DNA of 59,349 bases, filler included, from 8 parts of 8 records of this genome joined end to end with filler, not necessarily neighbours in it; one strand, 5' to 3'; positions 35,929 through 47,391 are shown, counted from the whole stretch's first letter. Notes: generated from the sequence alone by a model not told the origin. Translations and numbers: made by a program.

Positions 35929-36473
35929 TTTTTGCCTCCTTTGAGTGCTATTTCCTCAAAAGTAATGCTGCTGTTCGTGTAAATGCAGATATCAGAAGCG
36001 ATCTTTAAAGCCTTGTTTGCGATCTCTTTTGATCTAAGTTTTGAATTTTGCGAAAGAGCAACAGCCGCTGCAAGTGCGTAACTTCCGCCTGATCCGATCG
36101 TGAAAATATTCTTTTCCGGTTCCAGAACGTCGCCACTTCCTGAGATCAACAATGTGACATCTTTGTCTGCAACAATTAAAAGAGCTTCAAGTTTTCCAAG
36201 AACTCTGTCTTTTCTCCATGCTCTGGAAAGTTCAACGGCAGCTTTTTTTGTCTGAAAGTTATATTTTCTAAGCTTTTCTTCAAATATCTCAAAAAGTGTA
36301 ACGGCATCAGATGTCGATCCTGCAAACCCTGCGATTATTTTTCCTTCACCCAATTTTCTGACCTTGCATGCATTTGATTTTATGACAGTATGCCCAAGAG
36401 TGACTTGCCCATCACCTGCGATCACTACTGATTCTTTATCTCTTACACAAATTATAGTTGTTCCTTTAAACAT
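35925..36473 (-). CDS. hslV: ATP-dependent protease peptidase subunit HslV
   Basis: TTI Ntn start, [18 protein letters not shown] and DICIYTN motifs. Confidence 0.97.
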   Translation of the reverse strand: MFKGTTIICVRDKESVVIAGDGQVTLGHTVIKSNACKVRKLGEGKIIAGFAGSTSDAVTLFEIFEEKLRKYNFQTKKAAVELSRAWRKDRVLGKLEALLIVADKDVTLLISGSGDVLEPEKNIFTIGSGGSYALAAAVALSQNSKLRSKEIANKALKIASDICIYTNSSITFEEIALKGGKK

Positions 36474-37360
36474 TATTCCCCCTTTTTCTTTTTGGAGCCC
36501 GGGTGGGCTTTGCTGTAAACTTTTTTAAGCTGGTCTATTGAAAGATGTGTATATATTTCTGTTGTGGAAAGATTGCTGTGACCAAGCAGATGCTGGAGAT
36601 ACCTGAGATTCATTCCATTTTCAAGAAAGTGAGTTGCAAAACTGTGTCTAAGCATGTGCGGTGTAACTTTTCTGTAGATCCCGGCAGCTCTTGCTATCTG
36701 GTCCAGAATATATTGAACACCCCTTTCGGTTATTCCTTTACCTTTCAGGTTCATAAAAATTATTGAGTTTGGTGACTTGTTCCCTTCACGTTTGAGCAGG
36801 TATGCGTCAATTGAAGCAACCGCCTGTTTTGTTACAGGAAGCAACCTTTCTTTTTTACCTTTTCCAAAAACATTTAGTGTCCGGTCTCTTTTATCAAGGT
36901 CTTTAATTCTTACTGAAACAAGTTCCCCGACACGAACACCGCTGCTGTAGAGAAGTTCAATAATGGCCTTGTCTCGAAGTCCCTTTTCGTCGGATTTAAA
37001 AGAAAAATCAATGAGTTGCTGCATTTCTTCCTTGGTGAGAGCTCCGGGAAGTGTGGATGTGTTCTTTGGACAGGTTAAAGTGAGTCCCGGATTTTCATCA
37101 ATGATCTCTCTTTTAGTTAGAAATGAGAAAAAATGCCTGATCGCTGCCACTTTTCTATGTAGTGATGCAGCAGTAACTTCTGAAAAAATTGCACCGAGAT
37201 AGTCTTTAAGGTCATCCTTATCCAGATCGTTTAGTTCTATCTGGCTTTGCGTGAAATACTTTTGCAAAAGCTCAATATCCTTGCAGTATCCCTTAGCTGT
37301 GTTTAGTGAATATCGTTTTTCGTGAATGAGATAATCTCTAAATAGAGCAAGGCTGTTCAT
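36473..37360 (-). CDS. xerC: Tyrosine recombinase XerC
   Basis: [28 protein letters not shown] and [14 protein letters not shown]; classic xerC-hslV-hslU order. Confidence 0.85.
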   Translation of the reverse strand: MNSLALFRDYLIHEKRYSLNTAKGYCKDIELLQKYFTQSQIELNDLDKDDLKDYLGAIFSEVTAASLHRKVAAIRHFFSFLTKREIIDENPGLTLTCPKNTSTLPGALTKEEMQQLIDFSFKSDEKGLRDKAIIELLYSSGVRVGELVSVRIKDLDKRDRTLNVFGKGKKERLLPVTKQAVASIDAYLLKREGNKSPNSIIFMNLKGKGITERGVQYILDQIARAAGIYRKVTPHMLRHSFATHFLENGMNLRYLQHLLGHSNLSTTEIYTHLSIDQLKKVYSKAHPGSKKKKGE

Positions 37361-37367
37361 GAGGATC

Positions 37368-37442
37368 TTAGAAAAGTTCTTTGGCAGTTTTTACGATGTT
37401 TGCACTTGTAAATCCAAATTTCTCAAGAACTATATCTCCAGG
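37368..37442 (-). CDS. tkt: Transketolase, C-terminal fragment
   Basis: PGDIVLEKFGFTSANIVKTAKELF* matches the typical Tkt C-terminus. Confidence 0.65.
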   Translation of the reverse strand, partial: PGDIVLEKFGFTSANIVKTAKELF

Positions 37443-37542
37443 NNNNNNNNNNNNNNNNNNNNNNNNNNNNNNNNNNNNNNNNNNNNTTAATTAATTAANN
37501 NNNNNNNNNNNNNNNNNNNNNNNNNNNNNNNNNNNNNNNNNN
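37443..37542. other. Artificial contig linker
   Basis: N44-TTAATTAATTAA-N44. Confidence 0.98.
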
Positions 37543-37703
37543 CGCTATGGGGCTGAAAACTCTGAACATTCCGGGGCATTTGTGTTAAGTGTTATTCACC
37601 TGCCCGCACGACTGTGCGGGTTTCGGTGAAGGGGAGAGGCCGTAACGGCGGACTGGAAAAGATCGGTTTCGCCGACGGAGAATAACGGTACCGGGGTTTC
37701 GGC

Positions 37704-38498
37704 ATGTCGCTGACGACAATCATATTTTTTATTGCTTCATTGGGTATTTTCGCCGGCGCCATCGTATCGGCCACCGACAACTATTTGATGTTCTTTTCGT
37801 TCGCGAGCTTTTTGATCGTTGCCGGCGGCACCGCAGCGGCCACTTTCGTTTCCTACGAAGCGCGCTATGTGATGATGGCGATGAAGCTTTGTTACCGCGT
37901 TTTCTACAGCGCCGCGATCGGCCGCAATATTCTTAAATCCGAGGTCGGTCGCGTCATCCGCTGGGCCTATACCGTACAGAAGAACGGATTGCCAGCCTTG
38001 GAAGCCGAATCGAAACGGGCCGTACGCGGCGATCGTTTCCTGCGTTTCGGAATCGAGATGGTGGTCAGCGGCTATTCCGGCGACGAGGTGCGCGAAATCC
38101 TGCACAACACCATCGAAACCACCTACGGGCGGAATACGGTTCAGGTCAACATCCTGAAGGCAATGGGCGCCATTTCACCTGCTTTCGGCATGGTCGGCAC
38201 CCTGATCGGCCTGATTATCATGCTCGACCAGATGGGCGACGATCCGACCCAGCTGGGCAAGGGTTTGGCGGTCGCGCTGTTGACGACCCTTTACGGCATT
38301 TTCATTGCACGCTTGATCTTGCTTCCGGTCGCTTCCAAGGTCCTGCAGCGCGAACAGATTGTTCGGTTCCGTAACTATCTGGTCGCCGAGGGGCTGGCGC
38401 TGTTGGCGGATCGCAAGAGTCCGCGTTTCATCCAGGACAAAATGAACAGCTATCTCGACCCGGCGATTCACTTCAACATCGATAAGATGAAGCGATAG
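37704..38498 (+). CDS. motA: Flagellar stator protein MotA/PomA family
   Basis: SFLIVAGGT, PAFGMVGTLIGLI and AVALLTTLYG motifs. Confidence 0.88.
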   Translation: MSLTTIIFFIASLGIFAGAIVSATDNYLMFFSFASFLIVAGGTAAATFVSYEARYVMMAMKLCYRVFYSAAIGRNILKSEVGRVIRWAYTVQKNGLPALEAESKRAVRGDRFLRFGIEMVVSGYSGDEVREILHNTIETTYGRNTVQVNILKAMGAISPAFGMVGTLIGLIIMLDQMGDDPTQLGKGLAVALLTTLYGIFIARLILLPVASKVLQREQIVRFRNYLVAEGLALLADRKSPRFIQDKMNSYLDPAIHFNIDKMKR

Positions 38499-38537
38499 GC
38501 GCTTCGCTTCGGTTGCGAAAGAACGACAGACGAGATC

Positions 38538-39341
38538 ATGGCAGCACCCCCTCCCCCATCCGACAGCGACGATGATGATGCCGATGCCTGGTTGGTGACC
38601 TATGCCGACGCGGTGACGCTTCTGATGGCGTTTTTCGTCATGCTGGTATCTTTCTCCAAGATCGATATTCCGTTGTTCGAACAGGTCGCGGCCGGCATCA
38701 AGGACGATCTCGGCAAACGCATTATCAAAGAAGAAGAAAAGCCGATACAGAACCTGAAGGTGGAAATTCAAGAGGTCGTTTTCGCCATGCAGGCCGATCA
38801 AGTCGCGACGGTCGAAACCGACGATGAAGGCATCGTTATCGAAATCGACAGTTCGGCCTTTTTCCAGCCTGGATCGGCCGATATCCGGCCCGAAGCCTAT
38901 CCGGTTCTGCAGAACATGGCGGCGACGATTCTGGCCCCGAAATTCGAGGGCTATTTCATCGAAGTCGAAGGCCATACCGACGACGATCCCATCAGCACGG
39001 TGCGCTATCCGTCGAACTGGGAACTATCGGCCGGGCGCGCCTCGTCGGTTGTCCGCGCTTTCATCGACAGCGGCGGAGTCGCCGAGAAGATGAAAGCGAT
39101 CGGATATGCCGAAACCCAGCCGAAATATCCGAACCGCGAGGTTGACGGCACGCCGATACCGGAAAACCAGGCGGCCAACCGCCGTGTCGCAATCCATGTC
39201 CGGCGGATGACGCTCGAGGAAAAGGATATCTATTACAATCGCCAGGCAATGAGGGCGGAAGCGGCCGGCGATTTCAGCTCGGGACGGCCAGGGGAAAGCG
39301 AAGAAGAAACCGACGGGGAATCCCCCGCCCCGGCGCAATAG
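38538..39341 (+). CDS. motB: Flagellar stator protein MotB (OmpA-like domain)
   Basis: WLVTYADAVTLLMAFF with the conserved Asp; EGHTD, SNWELSAGRA and NRRV. Confidence 0.9.
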   Translation: MAAPPPPSDSDDDDADAWLVTYADAVTLLMAFFVMLVSFSKIDIPLFEQVAAGIKDDLGKRIIKEEEKPIQNLKVEIQEVVFAMQADQVATVETDDEGIVIEIDSSAFFQPGSADIRPEAYPVLQNMAATILAPKFEGYFIEVEGHTDDDPISTVRYPSNWELSAGRASSVVRAFIDSGGVAEKMKAIGYAETQPKYPNREVDGTPIPENQAANRRVAIHVRRMTLEEKDIYYNRQAMRAEAAGDFSSGRPGESEEETDGESPAPAQ

Positions 39342-39372
39342 CTCATATTTTTCCGAAGTATCGGACGACCGG

Positions 39373-40197
39373 TCAGTCGACTTCCAGAAGCTTGCCTTCC
39401 TGGGCGACGATGGCACCCGACCATTCGGCCTTCGCCTCGGCCGCCAGTTTATCCATGAAGTCGTCGTCGTGGTCCGGTTCGTGGTGGAAAATCAGAAGCT
39501 TTTCCACATTGGCGGCACGGCAGAGCTTGACGCCTTGATTCCAGGTCGAATGCCCCCACCCAATGCGATTGGGGAATTCATCCTCGGTATAGGTCGCGTC
39601 GTAGATCATGATCTGCGTGCCTTCGACGAGATCGAGGATGCGCTGATCGAGTTCTCCCGGAACATGTTCCGTGTCGGTGACGTAGCAAATCGATTTTCCG
39701 CCGTATTCGATGCGATAGGCGGTGGCGTTGTTGGGGTGATTCAGGGGTGACGTTCGAATATGCACATCCGGGTAAAGGTCGAAATTTTCGCCGGCGACGA
39801 AGTCTTCCATGATCATGTTCGCCTGCATCGCTTCGAGCGGCACCGGGAACATCGGATGGTCCATCTGGTTGGATAGGACTTCGCGGATGGTCGAGCGGCC
39901 GGCCAGATGACCGGCGCGGATATGGACACGCCAATTCGGGTTGTAGGCCGGCGTAAAAAACGGAAAGCCGTTGATATGGTCCCAATGGGTGTGGGTCAGA
40001 AGCAGATTGACTTCGCGAATGTCGTTTTTCAGAAATTCGGCGCCAAGACTGCGTATACCGGTTCCGGCGTCGAGGACGAAACACCTGTCGCCGACAAATA
40101 CCTGCACGCAGCTGGTATTGCCTCCGTATCGGATGTGCTGGGGGGAAGGAACCGCAATGCTGCCGCGGACCCCCCAAAACTTAACACCAAACCCCAT
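39373..40197 (-). CDS. MBL-fold metallo-hydrolase (RNase Z / phosphodiesterase-like)
   Basis: FWGVRGS, GGNTSC, DAGTG, THTHWDH, TDTEH, GWGHS and FHHEP motifs. Confidence 0.9.
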   Translation of the reverse strand: MGFGVKFWGVRGSIAVPSPQHIRYGGNTSCVQVFVGDRCFVLDAGTGIRSLGAEFLKNDIREVNLLLTHTHWDHINGFPFFTPAYNPNWRVHIRAGHLAGRSTIREVLSNQMDHPMFPVPLEAMQANMIMEDFVAGENFDLYPDVHIRTSPLNHPNNATAYRIEYGGKSICYVTDTEHVPGELDQRILDLVEGTQIMIYDATYTEDEFPNRIGWGHSTWNQGVKLCRAANVEKLLIFHHEPDHDDDFMDKLAAEAKAEWSGAIVAQEGKLLEVD

Positions 40198-40330
40198 TTA
40201 TCCCTCTTTCTGCCCGCTAAGGCCGTGAAGAACCTTTATATTTATATACCCCCCGCAACTTGCAACCGTCGTAGCATAGTTTGGCATGCTAATAATAGTC
40301 TCGTTCTCAACTCTTGCGCAGTGAAAGGCA

Positions 40331-41065
40331 TCACAGTTCTGTCATATTAATCGGGCTGCCGATTTGCAACCCGAACCTGTCGGCAGCGCTCCCGCTGTTC
40401 AATGCTATCTCCAGCAACCCATTGGCGTTTTCATACCAGAAACCGCACCCTTCGGGGACGTCGGAAAAGGTTCTTGCGCGCCGGAGTTGTGAGCCACCTA
40501 TATCAATGACGGCACTGTCGCCCATGCCGCCGGCCCTGGTTCCGGTCATCGCATTGCCGAAATCGTCGATGTAGATCACTTCCGGCAGATCGTCCGGCCA
40601 ATCGGGGCGCAAAACGGCCGCTATCGGTCGTTCGATGCACGCCGGAAGCCGGCCCAGCGCCAGACCGGCCGCAACCGGAGCAAAAACGTCCCTGCCGTGA
40701 AATGTGGCGGAGGCATCGCCGGAGACGTCGGTCAGTTCGTGCCATTTGGCAGGGCCTTCGCTTCGTCGTGCGATCATCGCAAAAAGCCCGTTGTCGGGTC
40801 CGACGAACCAGCAACCATTGGCTTCGAGAAACCCGCCGGCGCGGGCTCCGCCGACGCCAGGGTCGATGACGCAAAGGAAAACCGTTCCGGCCGGAAATTC
40901 GCCCGCATAGGCGGTAAGAAGATAGGCCGAGGCTCGCGGATCGAAGCGCGGCGCGTCGGCAAAAAGCGTAACCACATCGATTTCCGGAGCCAGACGCTTC
41001 AGGACCGCCGTCATCTGGCCCATATAGGGCCCGGCCAGGCCGAAATCGGTGAACAGGACGATCAT
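40331..41065 (-). CDS. SAM hydroxide adenosyltransferase (DUF62; chlorinase/fluorinase superfamily)
   Basis: MIVLFTDFG, VIDPGVG..R, VGPDNG, TFHGRDVFAP and IDDFGN motifs; the Asp-Arg-His triad is present. Confidence 0.88.
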   Translation of the reverse strand: MIVLFTDFGLAGPYMGQMTAVLKRLAPEIDVVTLFADAPRFDPRASAYLLTAYAGEFPAGTVFLCVIDPGVGGARAGGFLEANGCWFVGPDNGLFAMIARRSEGPAKWHELTDVSGDASATFHGRDVFAPVAAGLALGRLPACIERPIAAVLRPDWPDDLPEVIYIDDFGNAMTGTRAGGMGDSAVIDIGGSQLRRARTFSDVPEGCGFWYENANGLLEIALNSGSAADRFGLQIGSPINMTEL

Positions 41066-41132
41066 CGGACGAGAATGGCACCGCAAGCCCAACAGGGGCA
41101 AGGCCGGCCTTTGGCGGCGGCGATAGCCACCC

Positions 41133-42179
41133 CTACTCCTCGAACAGATCCTTGCGCGGTTTCAGCAGCACCCGCAGCTTGTGATCCGGCACCTGGAACG
41201 CCCATCCGGATACCCGCTTGTTGATTTCCTCGGCCCTGACCGCCGGATCGATGTCGTCCTTTTTCACGCCTTCCGCCGGGGCGCCGGCACTGGCCTCAAT
41301 TTTCGCCCAGATCCCTTCTTCGCCGTCGGCGATCGAAAGATTGATCACAAGCCCGCCGAAGATGACGACTTCAACCTCGATGGTTTTCGATTCGGCCATG
41401 TCCCGTTTGTCGGCCTGGGTGACATCGGTCAAACGCAGGCCCGACAATGCCGCGTCTAGGCCGTTCAGAGCATCTTTCTTGAGCTTCCGGTCTTCCGGCG
41501 CGCCATCCAGCGTCAAGGGGCCGGAATCCGGCTCCTGGCGCGTATAGACGAGGATATCCCCATCCGGCTGAGTCGTCGTAATGCGGCTGATTTCCTTTTC
41601 GCCGATATCCAGAACATCCTTCGACAGCCATCCGCCAGCGGTCCGGCTCAGTTCCAAGTCGCCCTTGGCCAACCAGGCCTGATCGTTGTCCGGTTTTCTC
41701 AGGTACAGGCCACGGCCGCTGCCGCCGGCCATGTCGAATTTCGATTTGCCAACGATAAGATTGGCGATGATCGCATCGGAATCGTCCAACAGCGTCACCA
41801 ACGCCGATTTTGCGTCCTTCTGTTCGATGTCGTCGACTTCGATCCGGGAATAGAGGTCGGCCTTTCGGGTCTTCGCTTCGACCAGGCGCAGTTGCGACAA
41901 TTGGATCAGGAGCTTTCTGACGTCGTTGCGATTGGCCGGATAGCCGTCCTTCTCTTTGACCGTCCAACCAGCGCCGGTCTTTTCGACGGTCGCTTCTTCC
42001 GATGCCGTCAGGATCGAAATTGTGGCAACCGCGTCGAGCCTGTCTTCCAGGCCCTCAAACACGGCCTCGGACATCCTTTCGGGCTGTATCGCCGCCATCT
42101 GCTTGGCCACCACGGCCGCGGCGGCGACGACGACGACGGCGGTGACGATCCCCAGTTTGATCACGGTCTTGGGTGTCAT
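41133..42179 (-). CDS. DUF4340-family membrane-anchored protein
   Basis: N-terminal TM, GW..GYPA and LIVGK...YLR...AWL patterns; lies downstream of a GldG-like gene. Confidence 0.7.
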   Translation of the reverse strand: MTPKTVIKLGIVTAVVVVAAAAVVAKQMAAIQPERMSEAVFEGLEDRLDAVATISILTASEEATVEKTGAGWTVKEKDGYPANRNDVRKLLIQLSQLRLVEAKTRKADLYSRIEVDDIEQKDAKSALVTLLDDSDAIIANLIVGKSKFDMAGGSGRGLYLRKPDNDQAWLAKGDLELSRTAGGWLSKDVLDIGEKEISRITTTQPDGDILVYTRQEPDSGPLTLDGAPEDRKLKKDALNGLDAALSGLRLTDVTQADKRDMAESKTIEVEVVIFGGLVINLSIADGEEGIWAKIEASAGAPAEGVKKDDIDPAVRAEEINKRVSGWAFQVPDHKLRVLLKPRKDLFEE

Positions 42180-42224
42180 GACGAATAGGGTCTCCTGGTA
42201 TTCCGGTTTTCCTGGCCGGTTGTT

Positions 42225-42593
42225 TTAGCCATTGACGGCCTGCCGACGGTGACGTTGACGCCTGATCCACCCCATAACGACGGCAATCACGCAAACGATA
42301 CCGGGAACGGCCCAGATGTTGAGGATCTTGAGCCAGGTATCGAGGGCCTCGATGTCCTTACGGAGGTTATGCTGGACCTCGCGAAGCTGCTGGCGGATGG
42401 CGATCAGATCGGCCCGGAAATTGGCCAGGGTGGCCTTTTGATCCTCGCTGAGGATGGCCTGTCCGTCGCCGTCCTCGGCATGCAGTTTGCCGATTTTTTC
42501 CTCGGTTTCCTGCATCTTCTCCTTCAGACCCTGCTCGGTCTTGCGGTACCGCTGTTCGGCGGCGTCACGCAGGGCGACGACGCGATGGAAGGG
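42225..42593 (-). CDS. GldG-like ABC-transporter auxiliary protein, C-terminal fragment
   Basis: Coiled coil ending IRQQLREVQHNLRKDIEAL..LKILNI plus a C-terminal TM and RR tail; frame open to the contig edge. Confidence 0.7.
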   Translation of the reverse strand, partial: PFHRVVALRDAAEQRYRKTEQGLKEKMQETEEKIGKLHAEDGDGQAILSEDQKATLANFRADLIAIRQQLREVQHNLRKDIEALDTWLKILNIWAVPGIVCVIAVVMGWIRRQRHRRQAVNG

Positions 42594-42693
42594 NNNNNNN
42601 NNNNNNNNNNNNNNNNNNNNNNNNNNNNNNNNNNNNNTTAATTAATTAANNNNNNNNNNNNNNNNNNNNNNNNNNNNNNNNNNNNNNNNNNNN
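42594..42693. other. Artificial contig linker
   Basis: N44-TTAATTAATTAA-N44. Confidence 0.98.
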
Positions 42694-44964
42694 ACCTTTT
42701 ACGGTAGCCATTAATATTTTACCATTGCTTGAACTCGCTCCAGTAGATGCTTTTTCTTCCTCGATGATAGGCTGCAAAATAGCCACTGCTTTTTTCATTA
42801 CCCTGGCCGTTTTTACCACCTGAGGCAAGAACATCTTTCCACTTCCAAATAAGTCACCCACTACATTCATTCCATCCATGAGTGGTTGCTCAATAATATC
42901 TAATGCCGTTGGATATTTTTCCAAGGCTTCTTTTAAATCTACATCCAGATAATCGCTAATACCTTTTACCAAACAATGCGTCAGTCTTTCTTCCAGATTA
43001 CCCTCTCTCCATGCTGCTTGTTGGACATTTTCAGTCCCTTGCTGAGTATTTTTTATCGTTTCAGCATATTCAACTAATCTATCAGTTGCATCCGGACGTT
43101 TATTAAATACCACATCCTCTACATACTGCAATAACTCTTTAGGTATATCATCATAAACCTGAAGCATAGCAGGATTCACAATTCCCATATCCAAACCATC
43201 CTTAATTGCATGAAAAAGGAAAACTGAATGAATGGCCTCACGAACTACATTATTTCCTCTAAATGAGAATGAAAGATTACTGATACCTCCACTAATATGA
43301 GCATGTGGTAAATTTTCTTTTATCCACTTACATGACTTAATAAAATCAACCGCATAATTATTGTGCTCTTCAATACCTGTTGCAATGGCCAATACGTTCG
43401 GATCAAAAATGATATCCTGAGGAGGAAAGTTTAATTCTTCTGTTAATAACTTATAGGCTCTTCCACAAATTTCTTTTCTTCGCTCAAAATTATCAGCCTG
43501 TCCTTTCTCATCAAAAGCCATAACTACAACAGCTGCTCCGTACTTTTTAATAGTTCGGGCTTGTTTAAGAAATGCTTCTTCACCTTCTTTTAAACTAATA
43601 CTATTTACAACAGATTTACCCTGCAAACATTTTAGTCCTGCTTCAATCACTTCAAATTTAGATGAATCCACCATTACGGGCACTCTGGAAACATCAGGAT
43701 CAGACATCAACATATTTAAAAAGTTAACCATCTCTTCCTTCGCTTCCAACATGGCATCATCCATGTTTACATCCACAATCTGCGCACCATTCTCTACCTG
43801 ATGACGTGCAATAGTTAGCGCTTCTTCGTAATTTTTTTCTTTGATTAACCTTAAGAACTTACGAGAACCGGCTACATTACATCTTTCTCCAATATTAATA
43901 AAATTGGTATCCGCTCTCATCTGTAGTGACTCCAACCCACTTAAGTGCGTTTCTTCAGGAGCTTCTATTTTTTTGTGGGCATTATATTTCTCTGCCACTT
44001 TAGCTAATGCAGCAATATGTTCCGGAGTTGTTCCACAACAACCACCCAAAATATTTACTTTACCATCTTCGAGCCACTTACTAATCAATCCGGACATTTG
44101 CTCCGGGGTTTGATCATACTCTCCAAACTGATTTGGTAAACCTGCATTAGGGTGTGTACTTATATAAAAAGGTGCTTTTTGTGCTAACTCTGTTACATAG
44201 GGTTCCAATTCCTCTGCTCCTAATGAACAGTTTAATCCAATACTCAAAATATCCATATGAGAAACGGAATCAATAAACGCCTGCAAGGTTTGTCCTGATA
44301 AGGTTCTACCGCTGGCATCAGTAATCGTACCAGAAACCATCACCGGTAGTTTTTTACCTAACTCTTCAAACACCTCTTCTATAGCGATAAGAGCTGCTTT
44401 TGCATTTAAAGTATCAAATACAGTTTCTATCATCAACAAATCTGAACCACCTTTTATCAAAGCTTCAACCTGTTCTTTGTAAGCCACTTTTACCTCATCA
44501 AAGGTGGCAGCTCTATAACCAGGATTATTTACATCAGGCGATAATGACAAGGCCTTGTTCAAAGGACCAATAGAACCACATACAAACCTTGGTTTTTCAG
44601 GAGTTTTTAAGGTATATTCATCAGCAACTTCTCTTGCAATTTTAGCAGACTCATAGTTTATATCCCACACGGCAGCCTGCATATCATAATCTGCCTGGGA
44701 TATAGATGTTGCATTAAAGGTATTGGTTTCAATAATATCCGAACCTGCCTCTAAATACTTGGCGTGAATTTCCTTAATAATTTGGGGTTGTGTTATAGAA
44801 AGCAAATCATTATTCCCTTTAATAGGCATATGATAATCCTTAAAGCGTTCGCCTCTGTAATCTTCTTCTTCTAACCTATAGGTTTGAATCAAACTTCCCA
44901 TTGCGCCATCTAACAAAAGAACACGCTCTTGAATTGCTTTGTATAACTTTTTCGTTCTATCCAT
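42694..44964 (-). CDS. metH: Cobalamin-dependent methionine synthase, 3'-truncated
   Basis: [31 protein letters not shown] and [14 protein letters not shown] motifs. Confidence 0.97.
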
Positions 44965-45249
44965 ATCTTAACTTACTGGAGATAGTTAACTCCCTTTACC
45001 TTACGATTGTTCGTTTTTCAATACAAAATTATGACATCTATCACAAGTATTCGAAAAATTGGCTGCAAAAATAGTAAAATATACTGGTTTATATGAGTTT
45101 TAGCCACAGTAAATAAGACACTCTATCATCCTTTTATTCGAATTATAAATTCTATTAAGCAAAACATTGAATTTATAATTAAATATCACATCAATTTAAA
45201 CAAACATGGCTCTTCCTCATTTTTTATATATTTGTGCAAAATTTAACAA

Positions 45250-46251
45250 ATGCCACAAGATTTTTTCTCGCAACTATTTGATTCATTTAACGATAAAAAC
45301 ATCCTAATAATAGGTGATGTAATGATTGATTCCTATCTCTGGGGTGATGTCAATCGTATATCACCAGAAGCTCCCGTTCCAATCTTATCAGGAATAGGAA
45401 GAGAAAACCGACTTGGAGGAGCAGCCAACGTGGCACTAAACATACAAGCTTTAGGTGCTAATCCTATTTTATGTTCTGTCATTGGAGATGATTTAAGAAG
45501 TCATGATTTTTTTAAGCTTTTAAAAGATCAAAAACTGAGCAAAGAGGGCATCGTTAATTGTCACCATCGCATGACGACGGTTAAAACGCGTGTAATAAGC
45601 CAGAATCAGCATTTATTAAGAGTTGATGAAGAAATATGCACACCGATTAACCAAGATTCAGAGACTAAATTAATCAGCAAATTAAAACACCTAACAGAAA
45701 CATTCAGAATCGATGCCATTATTTTCGAGGATTATGATAAAGGTGTGATAACCCCTTCTGTAATTGAACAAGTTGTAACTGTTTCTAACGAAAAAGGCAT
45801 ACCTACTTTGGTAGATCCTAAAAAAAGGAATTTCAATGATTACAAAGGTGTCACTTTCTTTAAACCCAATTTTAAAGAATTTACAGAAGGATGTAAACTG
45901 GAATTAAAAAAGGGAGAAACAGAAGCCTTATCGAAAGCAGGAAAAGATTTTCAAATAAAACAGGGCATCGACACATTGATGATTACTTTATCAGAACATG
46001 GCGTTTTCATTAATAAAAAAGATGACAACTCCGCAATTGTACCTGCCGAAATCAGAAGCATTGCAGATGTATCCGGAGCTGGAGATACCGTAATCAGTGT
46101 AAGTGCATTGTGTTTAATTCAGGATTTAGAACCTCGCTTAATTGCCAGAATAGCTAATATGGCCGGAGGCTTGGTTTGCGAAAAATCAGGAGTAGTTCCT
46201 ATAGATAAAGAAAAGCTGTTAAAAGAATGTATTCAAAAGATACCATTATAA
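45250..46251 (+). CDS. rfaE: D-glycero-beta-D-manno-heptose-7-phosphate kinase (RfaE domain I, PfkB family)
   Basis: GDVMIDSY, RISPEAPVP, GGAANVA, DYDKG and DVSGAGDTV motifs. Confidence 0.88.
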   Translation: MPQDFFSQLFDSFNDKNILIIGDVMIDSYLWGDVNRISPEAPVPILSGIGRENRLGGAANVALNIQALGANPILCSVIGDDLRSHDFFKLLKDQKLSKEGIVNCHHRMTTVKTRVISQNQHLLRVDEEICTPINQDSETKLISKLKHLTETFRIDAIIFEDYDKGVITPSVIEQVVTVSNEKGIPTLVDPKKRNFNDYKGVTFFKPNFKEFTEGCKLELKKGETEALSKAGKDFQIKQGIDTLMITLSEHGVFINKKDDNSAIVPAEIRSIADVSGAGDTVISVSALCLIQDLEPRLIARIANMAGGLVCEKSGVVPIDKEKLLKECIQKIPL

Positions 46252-46462
46252 AAAAATACTAGTCAAACAATTACATGATTATTTAAACGTACCTATTTTT
46301 ATATGCAATTAGGTTTATGTTTTTTTAATTAAAATTTTAACTTTGACTGACTTTTAATTATGATTGTTTTGTTTGTTTCAAAAGCCATTATCGCTTAAAT
46401 TCCAACAAAATACAACCAGTTAACAAAGAAAACACAACTTAAATTCATTTAATTTCCACAAT

Positions 46463-47263
46463 ATGGGAAAAATTATAGCACTGGCAAATCAAAAAGGTGG
46501 AGTTGGAAAAACAACCACGGCTATTAACTTAGCTGCCAGCCTTGCCGTTCTTGAATATAAAGTACTCGTAGTAGATGCCGATCCTCAGGCAAATGCCACT
46601 TCAGGGTTTGGGTTTGACTTAAGAGAAATTGAAGCAAGCATTTACGAATGCATCGTTGACCGAATTGAACCTTCATCTGCATTGCTACAAACCGAGATTA
46701 AAGGCCTTGATATTCTTCCATCGCACATTGATTTAGTTGGAGCTGAAATTGAGATGCTTAATCAGCCCAACAGGGAAAATGTTTTAAAGGATGTATTAAA
46801 CCAGATTAAAGATCAGTATGATTTTGTACTGATTGACTGTTCTCCTTCTCTTGGTTTAATTACGGTAAACTCACTTACTGCAGCTGATTCTGTTATTATT
46901 CCGGTTCAGTGTGAATATTTTGCCTTAGAAGGATTAGGAAAATTATTAAATACCATTAAAATCATTCAGAGTCGTTTAAATACAACGTTGGAAATTGAAG
47001 GCTTTTTATTAACCATGTATGATTCTCGTTTAAGATTATCAAATCAGGTTGTAGAAGAGGTGCAACGTCACTTCCAGGATATGGTATTTGAAACATTGAT
47101 TACCCGAAATATTAAATTGAGTGAAGCACCGAGTTATGGTAAAGCTGTAGTTGAGTACGATGCTTCAAGTAAAGGAGCTATCAATTATTTGAACCTGGCT
47201 CGCGAGTTGTTACAAAAAAACAACATGACAAAGATTGACAATAAGGATAAAGTATTGAAATAA
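46463..47263 (+). CDS. parA: Chromosome partitioning ATPase ParA/Soj
   Basis: NQKGGVGKTT, DADPQANAT, PVQCEYFALEG and LSEAPSYG motifs. Confidence 0.95.
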   Translation: MGKIIALANQKGGVGKTTTAINLAASLAVLEYKVLVVDADPQANATSGFGFDLREIEASIYECIVDRIEPSSALLQTEIKGLDILPSHIDLVGAEIEMLNQPNRENVLKDVLNQIKDQYDFVLIDCSPSLGLITVNSLTAADSVIIPVQCEYFALEGLGKLLNTIKIIQSRLNTTLEIEGFLLTMYDSRLRLSNQVVEEVQRHFQDMVFETLITRNIKLSEAPSYGKAVVEYDASSKGAINYLNLARELLQKNNMTKIDNKDKVLK

Positions 47264-47391
47264 TCTTTGTATTTAAAATATTAGGGAACCGTTCTCTACT
47301 TGCTTTTGCAACAAGAACGGTTTCGTCGTTACAAGAAATTAAGTACCAAACGCAAAAATTGATATAATTCGATTCGCAATAATTAATTAGA

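Noticed and set aside
36473-37360. Phage or island integrase
   Set aside because: XerC size and motifs in the housekeeping xerC-hslV-hslU operon.
37704-39341. MotA/MotB pair as Zorya anti-phage ZorAB
   Set aside because: MotA has normal length with no long ZorA tail, MotB has the canonical stator motif, and there is no zorC, zorD or zorE.
40331-41065. Fluorinase or chlorinase
   Set aside because: It has the Asp-Arg-His triad and TFHGRD motif of the common DUF62 SAM hydrolases, and no biosynthetic cluster is nearby.
44965-45249. SAM or cobalamin riboswitch upstream of metH
   Set aside because: Only a short hairpin in AT-rich DNA; no conserved aptamer motifs recognised.
46252-47391. parS site near parAB
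   Set aside because: No TGTTTCACGTGAAACA-like palindrome found by eye.
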